DNA from: a virus
Lineage: Duplodnaviria; Caudoviricetes
IMG/VR virus record: IMGVR_UViG_3300034788_000011
Coordinates: 1 to 34,698 of that record
Strand: one strand, 5' to 3'
Length of the DNA: 34,698 nucleotides
The notes below the pieces were generated by a model. That model had not been told where the DNA came from. It saw only the letters and a program-made list of their open reading frames with translations, and did not search any database. Of the stretch, positions 19,672 to 27,604 are shown piece by piece (position 1 is the stretch's first letter; each line of letters starts with the position of its first letter). A program made the position numbers and the translations under genes.

Positions 19672-19688
19672 TTTCACCCATTTTTTTT
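19661..19688 (+). terminator. Intrinsic terminator
   Basis: TGGGTGAA-taat-TTCACCCA followed by T8. Confidence 0.8.
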
Positions 19689-19714
19689 ATCCAAATTTAT
19701 TATTAATCAGACCA

Positions 19715-20167
19715 ATGACAACAACAACAGAACAAACATTTAAATGCAATGTCAATTATCAATTTGACATCAGCCTACAAGACCTCAAAGATTTATTTTG
19801 CACAATGGGTCAAGGGTCAGGCTACTGGGCGCATAGCGTGACAGTAGGAGACATAGAAGAAGATGAAGATGGCTATTATCTACCAGACCAAGACTACGAG
19901 CATGAGGGCTGTTGCGCTTGGCTTAAGGATATTAATCTAGATACTGTTATTAACATTGAAGATTGCGAAGATGACAAGCATCAATTCAAAGTACAAGATG
20001 TTATTACAGCTATCGAAAATATAGTCTCAGGTAAAACCAATCTAAATACCTATGATTGTACTCAAGTCTTTGAAGCATTTAAAGATAACAATCTAGGACT
20101 TATCGATGCATCAATTGCTGATTCTATATTGCAGATAATGACCTACAACACACTTGTATATGGATAG
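19715..20167 (+). CDS. Acidic early protein, 150 aa
   Basis: Start moved to MTTTTEQ, downstream of the terminator. GSGYW...IDASIADSILQ...LVYG; Asp/Glu-rich. Confidence 0.75.
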   Translation: MTTTTEQTFKCNVNYQFDISLQDLKDLFCTMGQGSGYWAHSVTVGDIEEDEDGYYLPDQDYEHEGCCAWLKDINLDTVINIEDCEDDKHQFKVQDVITAIENIVSGKTNLNTYDCTQVFEAFKDNNLGLIDASIADSILQIMTYNTLVYG

Positions 20168-20171
20168 ACCT

Positions 20172-20222
20172 ATGGCCTTTGCACTATTTCCTTATTTACT
20201 TTTATTCCTAATCCTTATTTGA
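20172..20222 (+). CDS. Possible 16-aa hydrophobic micropeptide MAFALFPYLLLFLILI
   Basis: Fills the gap between flanking ORFs almost exactly (4 nt and 1 nt spacing). Confidence 0.4.
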   Translation: MAFALFPYLLLFLILI

Positions 20223-20223
20223 T

Positions 20224-20466
20224 ATGCAAAGAATCAACAACAACATTGACCAGTACATCAACTGGAATGATCCTGACTCAATTGAAAACTATTGCCCAGA
20301 AGATCAATTTGAGTATGTACCTGATGAACCAACAATTAAAGATCATGTAATTTATTTTTTACAAGATTATTTAATTGATCCAATCAGAATGTTTTGCATA
20401 AAGCATTTCAACATTTTTCATTACAAAAAACCATACGGTGCAGATTGGTTACAGGAGGACAACTAA
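20224..20466 (+). CDS. Hypothetical protein, 80 aa
   Basis: ORF track; TAATG coupling to the next gene. Confidence 0.65.
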   Translation: MQRINNNIDQYINWNDPDSIENYCPEDQFEYVPDEPTIKDHVIYFLQDYLIDPIRMFCIKHFNIFHYKKPYGADWLQEDN

Positions 20467-20618
20467 TGGACAATCCAAAACTAAACGATGAGCAAATTGA
20501 AAATTTAACTTATTCACTTTACTCAAATTTAATGGACTTTAAACAACTTAATACAGGTTTTATGCCAAACAGGGAGGACATTATTAAATGCCTTGACAAC
20601 GCATTAAAAAATACATAG
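20466..20618 (+). CDS. Hypothetical protein, 50 aa (MDNPKLNDEQ...)
   Basis: SD AGGAGG and TAATG overlap support the start at 20466. Confidence 0.65.
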   Translation: MDNPKLNDEQIENLTYSLYSNLMDFKQLNTGFMPNREDIIKCLDNALKNT

Positions 20619-20644
20619 AGGGTATAACAACCCTCTTTTTTTTT
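20617..20644 (+). terminator. Intrinsic terminator
   Basis: AGAGGGT-ataaca-ACCCTCT followed by T8. Confidence 0.82.
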
Positions 20645-20654
20645 GTCTAATTAC

Positions 20655-20683
20655 TTGTATTAATGTTGCATTTATGGCAATAT
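20655..20683 (+). promoter_or_regulatory. Promoter TTGTAT-N17-CAATAT containing operator 2 (20664-20682)
   Basis: TGTTGCA-tttat-GGCAATA; the -10 lies 6 nt before the ATG of the Cro-like gene. Confidence 0.65.
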
Positions 20684-20689
20684 AGAGGT

Positions 20690-20908
20690 ATGGAATCAAC
20701 TATTAAAACACCAGTACAATTAGCCATTGCTGAGTTCGGTGGTGTGCGTGCTTTGGCACGAGCCATTCACAGAGATCCAGCATCAGTATCTAAATGGCAA
20801 AAGGGAGATGGCACTATACCAACATCTATTCAACGTAAGCTGCTTGAGACAGCATGGGATAGAGGTATAGAACTATCAGCGCATGAACTAATTTTTGGAA
20901 GAGAATGA
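20690..20908 (+). CDS. Cro/YdaS-like HTH repressor, 72 aa
   Basis: IAEFGGVRALARAIHRDPASVSKWQK...GTIP; start moved to MESTIK. Confidence 0.85.
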   Translation: MESTIKTPVQLAIAEFGGVRALARAIHRDPASVSKWQKGDGTIPTSIQRKLLETAWDRGIELSAHELIFGRE

Positions 20909-21291
20909 ATCAAAAAAAATTAGAAAAACTACAAAAGTTGTATGCATTGGCATCTAACAATCCAAATCAAAACGAAGCAATTGTAGCTGCACATAAATTT
21001 ATTAATGCAATAAAAAAAGATGGATTGCATATGACATTGTCAGAGCAGCCACAGGCAACGCAAGAACAAATAAACCAAGCATTGCAAGCAAACTATCAAA
21101 AAGGTTTTACAGAAGGCAGCCAGCACTCTTACAACCAAGGTTATCAAGCAGGTTATGCAGAAGGTATAAAGGTTATTGGTTTAGAAAATCAAAATAAAGA
21201 AACTGGTTATGTAGAACAAACAACATACCAACCAAGTTATACAACTTTGTTTGTAAATAACAGCAGTTCAACAATCAGGATACATAAATGA
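20905..21291 (+). CDS. DUF2786-like protein with GxxxG repeats, 128 aa
   Basis: KLQKLYALASNNPNQNEAIVA N-terminus; YQKGFTEG...YNQGYQAGYAEG. Confidence 0.6.
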   Translation: MNQKKLEKLQKLYALASNNPNQNEAIVAAHKFINAIKKDGLHMTLSEQPQATQEQINQALQANYQKGFTEGSQHSYNQGYQAGYAEGIKVIGLENQNKETGYVEQTTYQPSYTTLFVNNSSSTIRIHK

Positions 21292-21449
21292 AATGTTGGT
21301 GGTGTGACAGCGATCTTATCTGGGGATCAGATGTAGATATAGAAGAAGGCATGGGAGGTTATCCTGAGTTTTCGGTAATGACTAATTTATCTTGCCCCAG
21401 ATGCGAATCTCAGGTGGAAGTATTAAAGAAAAGCGATGCCTTCGATTAA
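21288..21449 (+). CDS. Small zinc-ribbon protein, 53 aa (MKCWWCDSDLIWG...LSCPRCES...)
   Basis: Translated by hand; ATGA overlap; two CxxC pairs. Confidence 0.75.
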   Translation: MKCWWCDSDLIWGSDVDIEEGMGGYPEFSVMTNLSCPRCESQVEVLKKSDAFD

Positions 21450-21457
21450 CCAGTTTC

Positions 21458-21486
21458 TTGACAACTGTTGCATTATGTGCAATACT
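21458..21486 (+). promoter_or_regulatory. Early promoter TTGACA-N17-AATACT containing operator 3 (21466-21484)
   Basis: TGTTGCA-ttatg-TGCAATA; followed by hairpin TGAAGGT-gttat-ACCTTCA (21493-21511) near the predicted start site. Confidence 0.78.
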
Positions 21487-21543
21487 TAATACTGAAGGTG
21501 TTATACCTTCAATTGTTGTTTACTAATTTCTATTAACAAACAC

Positions 21544-21984
21544 ATGGAACAAATTAAGTTCACAAATCTCGAAGTAGAGATTATTACAGACAGACCCGAA
21601 GAGTGTATTGTCGAATGTTCATGTCAATTCTATGAAGATGACATGATAAAAAAATATGGTGATAGCAACAAGACCAATGACATCATCATTGAATACTCAA
21701 CAGAAAAAGATGGTCGAACTGTTGAGCGTGAGGTATATCCAGAAGACAAAGTTTGGGATAGTTGTCACAAACTTTACAGGCATTTAGAAAAGTACAAGAC
21801 ATTACCTGAGTTAGACAAAATTGACAAAATGGTTTTGGATGATTGCTTATCAGGCAGCACAATGGATAGATGCGAAGACCACAGCCCACAATATGGCGGT
21901 AAGGTTGCAGCAGCAGCTAGACGAACAATTGAAAAGTTAGAAAAACTAGGCGTTAAGTTTAGTTGGGCTGAGAGGTGGTATTAA
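21544..21984 (+). CDS. Hypothetical early protein, 146 aa
   Basis: ORF track; first gene after promoter 3. Confidence 0.72.
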   Translation: MEQIKFTNLEVEIITDRPEECIVECSCQFYEDDMIKKYGDSNKTNDIIIEYSTEKDGRTVEREVYPEDKVWDSCHKLYRHLEKYKTLPELDKIDKMVLDDCLSGSTMDRCEDHSPQYGGKVAAAARRTIEKLEKLGVKFSWAERWY

Positions 21985-22196
21985 TGACTACTCCAAAAAC
22001 AGGTAAAACTCCACGCAGTTGGAAAGAAGCTGAAGCTCACCCTGCTATTGATGAAATAGTAGAAGAAACACATGATGACGAAATCAAATATTATATTTTG
22101 ATTCAAGATCATGTATATAATCCCGGAACAGATGAAAAAGGCGGTGGGTTTTTTGTCCGTTCTTTTAGAGAGTTACAACAATCTATAGATTGGTGA
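21984..22196 (+). CDS. Hypothetical protein, 70 aa
   Basis: TAATG overlap supports the start MTTPKT. Confidence 0.65.
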   Translation: MTTPKTGKTPRSWKEAEAHPAIDEIVEETHDDEIKYYILIQDHVYNPGTDEKGGGFFVRSFRELQQSIDW

Positions 22197-22200
22197 AGCT

Positions 22201-22326
22201 ATGACAGATACCCAGAAACTAGAAAGGTTGGCCTACTTGGCTAACCTTCCTTATTCCGATCACTCACCAGAAGATTGGGATGAAGAGTTACGACTAGAGT
22301 GTGAGCTACAGGACTTAGACCAATGA
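22201..22326 (+). CDS. Small acidic protein, 41 aa (MTDTQKLERLAYLANLPYSDHSPEDWDEELRLECELQDLDQ)
   Basis: Translated by hand; tiles the gap and has an ATGA overlap with the next ORF. Confidence 0.6.
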   Translation: MTDTQKLERLAYLANLPYSDHSPEDWDEELRLECELQDLDQ

Positions 22327-22400
22327 CCACATTTATTGTCTGGGTGTGTTTAGTCACACTCATTTATATCTTTCTTAAAAACACTATTAACCATTATTAA
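22323..22400 (+). CDS. Single-TM micropeptide, 25 aa (MTTFIVWVCLVTLIYIFLKNTINHY)
   Basis: ATGA overlap upstream; 1 nt to the next ATG. Confidence 0.55.
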   Translation: MTTFIVWVCLVTLIYIFLKNTINHY

Positions 22401-22401
22401 A

Positions 22402-22620
22402 ATGATCCCAAAAGTAATTCAAGACCATGACGGTAAAAACCCATGGCAATATTCAGTTGACACTACCAGACAAGCATTTTGGAAGATGGTAGAAAAAGGT
22501 GAAGAAGCAGACATTTTCGATCTTGTCTTTAGCGAGTTAACTATTGACCAATGTAAAAACATCAATAAATTAATTGATGCTGAAATTTGGAAAGAAATAC
22601 ATTTACAGGAGAAAGAGTAA
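22402..22620 (+). CDS. Hypothetical protein, 72 aa
   Basis: ORF track; TAATG coupling downstream. Confidence 0.65.
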   Translation: MIPKVIQDHDGKNPWQYSVDTTRQAFWKMVEKGEEADIFDLVFSELTIDQCKNINKLIDAEIWKEIHLQEKE

Positions 22621-22922
22621 TGGATTTTATGGAAGAAATTAACTCAGAAACTCAAGCAATGTTAAACCAACTCACAACAAAAACAATTATGAGTAAAACA
22701 ACTTCGCAAAGTGCCAAGGTTCTGTATCACTTACAGAACTACGGCTCACTAACTGCAATCGAAGCGTTAGAACTGTTTGCTTGTTTCAGACTTGCTGCCA
22801 GAATAAATGACCTAAAGGAAGCAGGGCATAACATACAAACAGAAATGGTAAGACAAAAGAACGGCAAGAAGATTGCTGTTTATTCAATTCCAAAAACTGA
22901 AAAACAAGGAGAATTATTCTAA
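22620..22922 (+). CDS. Winged HTH DNA-binding protein, ~100 aa
   Basis: QSAKVLYHLQNYGSLTAIEALELFACFRLAARINDLKEAGHNI. Confidence 0.8.
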   Translation: MDFMEEINSETQAMLNQLTTKTIMSKTTSQSAKVLYHLQNYGSLTAIEALELFACFRLAARINDLKEAGHNIQTEMVRQKNGKKIAVYSIPKTEKQGELF

Positions 22923-23887
22923 TGATGCACGAATACGATTCAGCCGTAAAAGAAATTCCAATAACCAACAAACAAGATTGGTTAGAAAACAGATTGCTTG
23001 ATGTAACTTCTACAGAAGTATCAGCATTGTTTGATGTCAACCCATACCAAACAGAGTTTGAATTGTACAACCAAAAAAAAGATAAGGTTGTAATTAACAA
23101 CGAAGACAATGAACGTATGGCATGGGGTCGCAGACTTGAAGACTCTATAGCACGAGGTTGTGCGGAGTCACAAGGATGGGATGTAGAACCATTTGATGTC
23201 TATCTCAGCAATAAAGATACACGCATGGGATCTTCCTTTGATTACAAAATTGTTGGCGAAGGATCACTTGGAATTATGGAGGTTAAAAATGTTGACTCAA
23301 TGGTTTATCGCACGAAATGGATTGACGATGGCAATGGTCATATCGAAGCACCACCTCACATTGAGATGCAACTACAACATCAACTTCATGTTGCCAATGT
23401 TAGTTGGGGATGTATTGCTGCACTAGTTGGTGGCAACACACCAAAAACAATTATCAGAGCTAGAAACATAGAAGTTGGTGAGATGCTTGAAACAAAAGTA
23501 AAAGAATTTTGGGATAAGGTTAAAGCAGGTACACCACCTGACATTGATTATCTCAGGGATTCTAGTTACATCATCAAAAGTTTATGCAATCAGGCAGACG
23601 CAGGTGTAATTCTTGCAGCAGATGAAGACATGGACAAACTAGTTGATGATTACTATGCCATCAACAAAGAGTACGTTTCACTTGGCAAAACAAAAGATGC
23701 TTTAAAAGCACAAATTTTAGAAAAAAGTCAGAATGCATCCAAGATTGTTTCTAAATACGGAACAATCAATTGCGGTATGACAAAAGGTAGTCAAGGTAAA
23801 TACATTACCCAAGACATGGTTGGTACATACATCAACCCACGCAAAGGCTTTCGCCAATTTAAATTTAATCAACCAAAAGGAGTTTAA
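22922..23887 (+). CDS. YqaJ-like (lambda exonuclease family) recombination nuclease, 321 aa
   Basis: WLENR...VTSTEVSAL, MAWGRRLE, SSFDY, IMEVKN, QLQHQL. Confidence 0.92.
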   Translation: MMHEYDSAVKEIPITNKQDWLENRLLDVTSTEVSALFDVNPYQTEFELYNQKKDKVVINNEDNERMAWGRRLEDSIARGCAESQGWDVEPFDVYLSNKDTRMGSSFDYKIVGEGSLGIMEVKNVDSMVYRTKWIDDGNGHIEAPPHIEMQLQHQLHVANVSWGCIAALVGGNTPKTIIRARNIEVGEMLETKVKEFWDKVKAGTPPDIDYLRDSSYIIKSLCNQADAGVILAADEDMDKLVDDYYAINKEYVSLGKTKDALKAQILEKSQNASKIVSKYGTINCGMTKGSQGKYITQDMVGTYINPRKGFRQFKFNQPKGV

Positions 23888-23889
23888 TC

Positions 23890-24687
23890 ATGACCGCAAT
23901 TACACCACTAGCAGCTATGCACGGCACACTTGAAAGCATGGCAGAAAAATTTACTGATGCATTGCCACCACAAATTGATGCAGCAAAATTTATTAGTGTT
24001 GCCAAAACAACTTTGACAATGAATCCATCATTGCTAAATGCAGACAAAACAAGTTTGTTGGCCACCTTTATGAAGGCAGCCCAAGATGGATTGTTGTTAG
24101 ATGGCAAAGAAGCAGCAGCAGTTAAGTATGGCAACTCAATCCAATACTTACCAATGCTTGAGGGAGTACTTAAAACATTGCATAACAGTGGACTTATAAA
24201 AACTATTTCTGCTGAAGTTGTATATGAAAAAGACTTTTTTGATTACGAATTAGGTAGCAAACCACAGATCACACACAAACCATTAATTACTGGTGACCGT
24301 GGCAAACCTGTTTGTGTTTATTCAGTTGCAGTTACAACTAATGGCGGTGAGTATTACGAAGTAATGAACATGGATGACATTAACAAATGTCGTGGTGCAT
24401 CTAAATCTAGTTCACATCCAAGCTCACCTTGGGTTAATTGGTTTGACCAAATGGCTAAGAAAACTGTCATACATCGCATTGCAAAACGTCTACCTAAAAA
24501 TGATGCAATCAACTCTGTGTTGACACTTGATGATGACACAGATTTTAAACAGCCAGTAAATGTAACTCCTACACCTGAGAAACAAGACCAACCATTGTCT
24601 AGACTAAAAGAAGCTATGGGTATGGATGATGCAGGTGTAGATAAAGCTAGAGATGAAGTCCTTAAAAAATACAAAGGGGAGGAGTAA
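23890..24687 (+). CDS. recT: RecT-family single-strand annealing protein, 265 aa
   Basis: AAQDGLLLDG, AEVVYEKDFF, PWVNWFDQMAKKTVIHRIAKRLP. Confidence 0.93.
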   Translation: MTAITPLAAMHGTLESMAEKFTDALPPQIDAAKFISVAKTTLTMNPSLLNADKTSLLATFMKAAQDGLLLDGKEAAAVKYGNSIQYLPMLEGVLKTLHNSGLIKTISAEVVYEKDFFDYELGSKPQITHKPLITGDRGKPVCVYSVAVTTNGGEYYEVMNMDDINKCRGASKSSSHPSSPWVNWFDQMAKKTVIHRIAKRLPKNDAINSVLTLDDDTDFKQPVNVTPTPEKQDQPLSRLKEAMGMDDAGVDKARDEVLKKYKGEE

Positions 24688-25331
24688 TGCATTTTTACTC
24701 CTTCAATATTGGCGATTACATAAGCCATACTAAACACTTGTCAAACATGGAGGATCTAGCATACCGAAGATTGCTAGACCTCTACTACCTACATGAACGG
24801 ACGTTGAACGAGGATGTGGCAACTGTTGCACGCAAAATCAACATGAGAGATAACGTACCAGAAGTAAAAGTAGTTTTAGAAGAGTTTTTTATTTTAGAAG
24901 TTGGCAAAGGATGGATAAATCCAAGGGCTGATGAAGAAATAGAAAAGTATCAAAGCAAGGTGCAATCAGCAATTAGAGCAGGTAAAGCATCTGCTCTTGC
25001 TAGATCCAACGCCAGTTCAACAAAGGTTCAACTAAACAAGAAACAAGAAACATTAAACAAGAAACAAGAAACAAATATAAAGAGACCACGCAATGTAAGT
25101 AAAAAAACATGGGAGGATTTTCTTATTCATAGAAAAAATTTAAAAAAACCATTAACAGAAACTGCATTCAAAGGTATAAAAAAAGAGGTAAGCAAAACTT
25201 CTATTAGCTTGGAGGATGCATTGGTTATGGTGCAAGCTAGAGGATGGCAAAGTTTTAAATCTGATTGGATCAAAGAAGAACAAAAGTCATTTGCTACTAC
25301 TAACTACGGTGAGGGGGTACAAAAAATATGA
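24687..25331 (+). CDS. DUF1376/YdaU-type replication initiator, 214 aa
   Basis: MHFYSFNIGDYISHTKHLSNMEDLAYRRLLDLYY; C-terminal WEDFLIHRK...GWQSFKSDW; precedes the helicase loader. Confidence 0.85.
   Translation: MHFYSFNIGDYISHTKHLSNMEDLAYRRLLDLYYLHERTLNEDVATVARKINMRDNVPEVKVVLEEFFILEVGKGWINPRADEEIEKYQSKVQSAIRAGKASALARSNASSTKVQLNKKQETLNKKQETNIKRPRNVSKKTWEDFLIHRKNLKKPLTETAFKGIKKEVSKTSISLEDALVMVQARGWQSFKSDWIKEEQKSFATTNYGEGVQKI
25004..25073. repeat. Iteron-like repeats, probable replication origin inside the initiator gene
   Basis: ATCCAAC/GTTCAAC/GTTCAAC at an 11-bp period (25004, 25015, 25026), then TAAACAAGAAACAAGAAACA twice (25033-25052, 25054-25073). Confidence 0.65.
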
Positions 25332-26104
25332 GTTTAGAAAATCTAATTAACAAAGACAGGCCAACAGAAGAACGCATTTGTGCAAAGCATGGTGCATATA
25401 CTTCAACAAATTATCTTGGCGAGCATTGGACAGAGTGTCCTAAATGTATGATAGAACGCAGGGATGCAGAAGCAAAGCTGCAAATAGAGCGTGACAAGCA
25501 AGCTGCATTAGAACGTGAGCAGCGTAGATGGATGTCAAAGATAAAAGGTGCAGCTATACCAGAACGATTTAAGGATCGGACGTTAGATAGCTATGTAGCA
25601 AAGACAAGTGGTCAACAGAAGGCATTAGTTTTTGCAAAAGAGTATGCAGAAAACTTTGACCAAGTTATAAAAACAGGACGTTCTGCAATCTTTGTTGGCA
25701 AACCGGGAACAGGCAAAACCCACTTGGCAATAGGCATTGCGTTGAGCATTATGCAACAGCAACGGTCACCAGTATTTGTCACCGTACAACGTCTTATTCG
25801 CAGGGTAAAAGATAGTTGGAGAACAAAAGAAGAAACAGAAAGCGAAGTCATAGATGCATTTGCGTCACCAGATCTGTTGATACTGGATGAAGTTGGTGTA
25901 CAGTTTGGGTCAGAGTTTGAAAAACAATTGTTGTTTGATGTACTCAATGAACGCTATGAAAAACTTAAGCCATCAATTTTATTATCAAATATTCCTAGCG
26001 AGCAATTGTCAGACTACCTTGGGGAACGTGTAACCGATAGGTTGCGTGAAAACGGAGGTGCATTAATTGGTTTTAACTGGGATTCTTACAGGAAAAATTT
26101 ATGA
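25328..26104 (+). CDS. DnaC/IstB-like AAA+ helicase loader, 258 aa
   Basis: CAKHG...CPKC zinc site, IPERF, GKPGTGKT, LLILDEVG, SN, DRL. Confidence 0.92.
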   Translation: MSLENLINKDRPTEERICAKHGAYTSTNYLGEHWTECPKCMIERRDAEAKLQIERDKQAALEREQRRWMSKIKGAAIPERFKDRTLDSYVAKTSGQQKALVFAKEYAENFDQVIKTGRSAIFVGKPGTGKTHLAIGIALSIMQQQRSPVFVTVQRLIRRVKDSWRTKEETESEVIDAFASPDLLILDEVGVQFGSEFEKQLLFDVLNERYEKLKPSILLSNIPSEQLSDYLGERVTDRLRENGGALIGFNWDSYRKNL

Positions 26105-26184
26105 CAACAGAACAAAAAGTTGCAGCAGCCAAGGCACGCATCAAAGAATTAGAATTATTAATTAAACTATGGAGCAAATCTTAA
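26101..26184 (+). CDS. Small protein, 27 aa (MTTEQKVAAAKARIKELELLIKLWSKS)
   Basis: ATGA overlap upstream and TAATG overlap downstream. Confidence 0.6.
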   Translation: MTTEQKVAAAKARIKELELLIKLWSKS

Positions 26185-26462
26185 TGACAAAAAACAAACT
26201 AAACACAGGTGACTTGTGGTTTAATCCAAACGAACCAGAAAAGTTATGTGTATTTAAAAATAACAAATGGGAAAAGATACCAGACAATGAAATGCAATGG
26301 TCAGACAGACAAAAAAATATTATGCAAATTGCAAATTACAAGCAGCAATTAGCAGAATTAGAAACACAATTTTGGTTTAACGATTTACCAACTAAAGAGT
26401 ATATGGTTAGATTTGATGCAATAAAAAAACGCATTAACGAATTGGAGCAAGAAGATGATTGA
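26184..26462 (+). CDS. Hypothetical protein, 92 aa
   Basis: Start moved to MTKNKL by the TAATG overlap. Confidence 0.65.
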   Translation: MTKNKLNTGDLWFNPNEPEKLCVFKNNKWEKIPDNEMQWSDRQKNIMQIANYKQQLAELETQFWFNDLPTKEYMVRFDAIKKRINELEQEDD

Positions 26463-26877
26463 AATAGTATTAGGTTGGCCACCATCAGATCTATCCCCAA
26501 ACAAAAGATTGCATTGGGCAAAGCTGGCAGCAGCAAAAAAACAATATAGAAAAGATTGTTACAGCGTATCAAAAGAACAATTAAAAAAATATCGTGGGGT
26601 ATATGAAAACATACCAGAAAGATTAGTTTTAGAAATGGTTTTTTTCCCACCAGACAAACGTAGTTATGACCGAGACAACTTAGTTGCTAGAATGAAGGCA
26701 GGTATTGACGGTCTCGCAGATGCACTACGCATCAACGATAAACGTTTTAATACTGTCATTTCAACTATGGACTCAGACTACCTTGGTGGCTTTGTCCGCA
26801 TACGCATACTACAGGAAATTCCTTATGGCACGAAAAATCAAGAACCTATCCGTCAAGACACGAGAATACAAAGATAG
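26455..26877 (+). CDS. rusA: RusA-like Holliday junction resolvase
   Basis: WPPSDLSPN, PPDKRSYDRDNL...KAGIDGL...INDKRF. Confidence 0.85.
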   Translation: MIEIVLGWPPSDLSPNKRLHWAKLAAAKKQYRKDCYSVSKEQLKKYRGVYENIPERLVLEMVFFPPDKRSYDRDNLVARMKAGIDGLADALRINDKRFNTVISTMDSDYLGGFVRIRILQEIPYGTKNQEPIRQDTRIQR

Positions 26878-27160
26878 GGATGGCAACGCAAAAGCAAACT
26901 GGCAAAACATTGGAGTCATTATGGAGAATGACCAAGGCAAACAATTTATGCTTATTGATAGATGGGTAAATTTAGCAGGGTTGCCTGACTTTAGTGACAA
27001 GCCAAATCCATCAGCAGTAATGGTATCTATTTTTGATGCAGATAATAATTACCAACCCGGAAAACCAGCACCAAGTACACCAACGTATAAAGGTAATGAT
27101 AATTCAGATGATTGGAATAGCTCTCCTAAAGTACCAGAGGTAGACGAGATTCCATTTTAA
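26825..27160 (+). CDS. SSB-like protein, 111 aa
   Basis: Start moved to MARKIK. EYKDRDGNAKANWQNIG beta-rich N-terminus and an acidic DEIPF C-terminal tip. Confidence 0.65.
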   Translation: MARKIKNLSVKTREYKDRDGNAKANWQNIGVIMENDQGKQFMLIDRWVNLAGLPDFSDKPNPSAVMVSIFDADNNYQPGKPAPSTPTYKGNDNSDDWNSSPKVPEVDEIPF

Positions 27161-27162
27161 AG

Positions 27163-27282
27163 TAGCCCCAGAATGACACAGACCATTTATCACTCTGGGG
27201 CTAGGCTCTAGAGTTGCGGTAGAGAACTAGAGCCACTAGGCCACCACCACTGCTTTACTTTTTGGGTGGCCTACCTTTTTTT
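27163..27282. terminator. Three tandem inverted repeats at the early/late convergence
   Basis: TAGCCCCAGA/TCTGGGGCTA (27163-27203), GGCTCTAG/CTAGAGCC (27204-27234), TAGGCCACC/GGTGGCCTA (27237-27273), then T7. Confidence 0.55.
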
Positions 27283-27311
27283 GTACCGTATGTTCCTTTA
27301 CCTTTTGGCAT
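27255..27311 (-). CDS. 18-aa basic micropeptide MPKGKGTYGTKKGRPPKK
   Basis: Translated by hand; strong SD AAGGAG before the ATG. Confidence 0.7.
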   Translation of the reverse strand: MPKGKGTYGTKKGRPPKK

Positions 27312-27328
27312 AATAATCTCCTTTTATT

Positions 27329-27604
27329 TTAATTATGAAAGAATTTTTTTATTCTGTCCATAGTTCTACGCTCTTCTCTTATTTGTTTTTTGGTGAGCAT
27401 TGCTTCTAATTCTATTATTCGACCTAATAAACTTGCCAAGAATACATCCTGTTTCATCTGATGACGTATAAGATGTGTGCAATATCTTTTGACACCATCG
27501 TAATCATCGCTTTTTAAGACTTCTCTAATACGCATTTCAACAGAAAGCTGTAATTCTACAGGTGGTTCTTCTAATTCAATATTGAGAAATCTATCTTTAG
27601 CCAT
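27329..27604 (-). CDS. Helical protein, possibly NblA-like, 91 aa
   Basis: PPVELQLSVEMRIREV...VKRYCTHLIRHQMKQDVFLASLL pattern; coupled to the upstream gene. Confidence 0.5.
   Translation of the reverse strand: MAKDRFLNIELEEPPVELQLSVEMRIREVLKSDDYDGVKRYCTHLIRHQMKQDVFLASLLGRIIELEAMLTKKQIREERRTMDRIKKFFHN

Noticed and set aside
19239-22000. Classical CI/Cro lysogeny switch, integrase or att site
   Set aside because: Only a Cro-like gene is present; no CI with peptidase domain, recombinase or att core was recognised in the window.
21686-27000. Minus-strand ORFs within the early/replication arm and the 23193 alternate frame
   Set aside because: Shadows of tightly coupled plus-strand genes.
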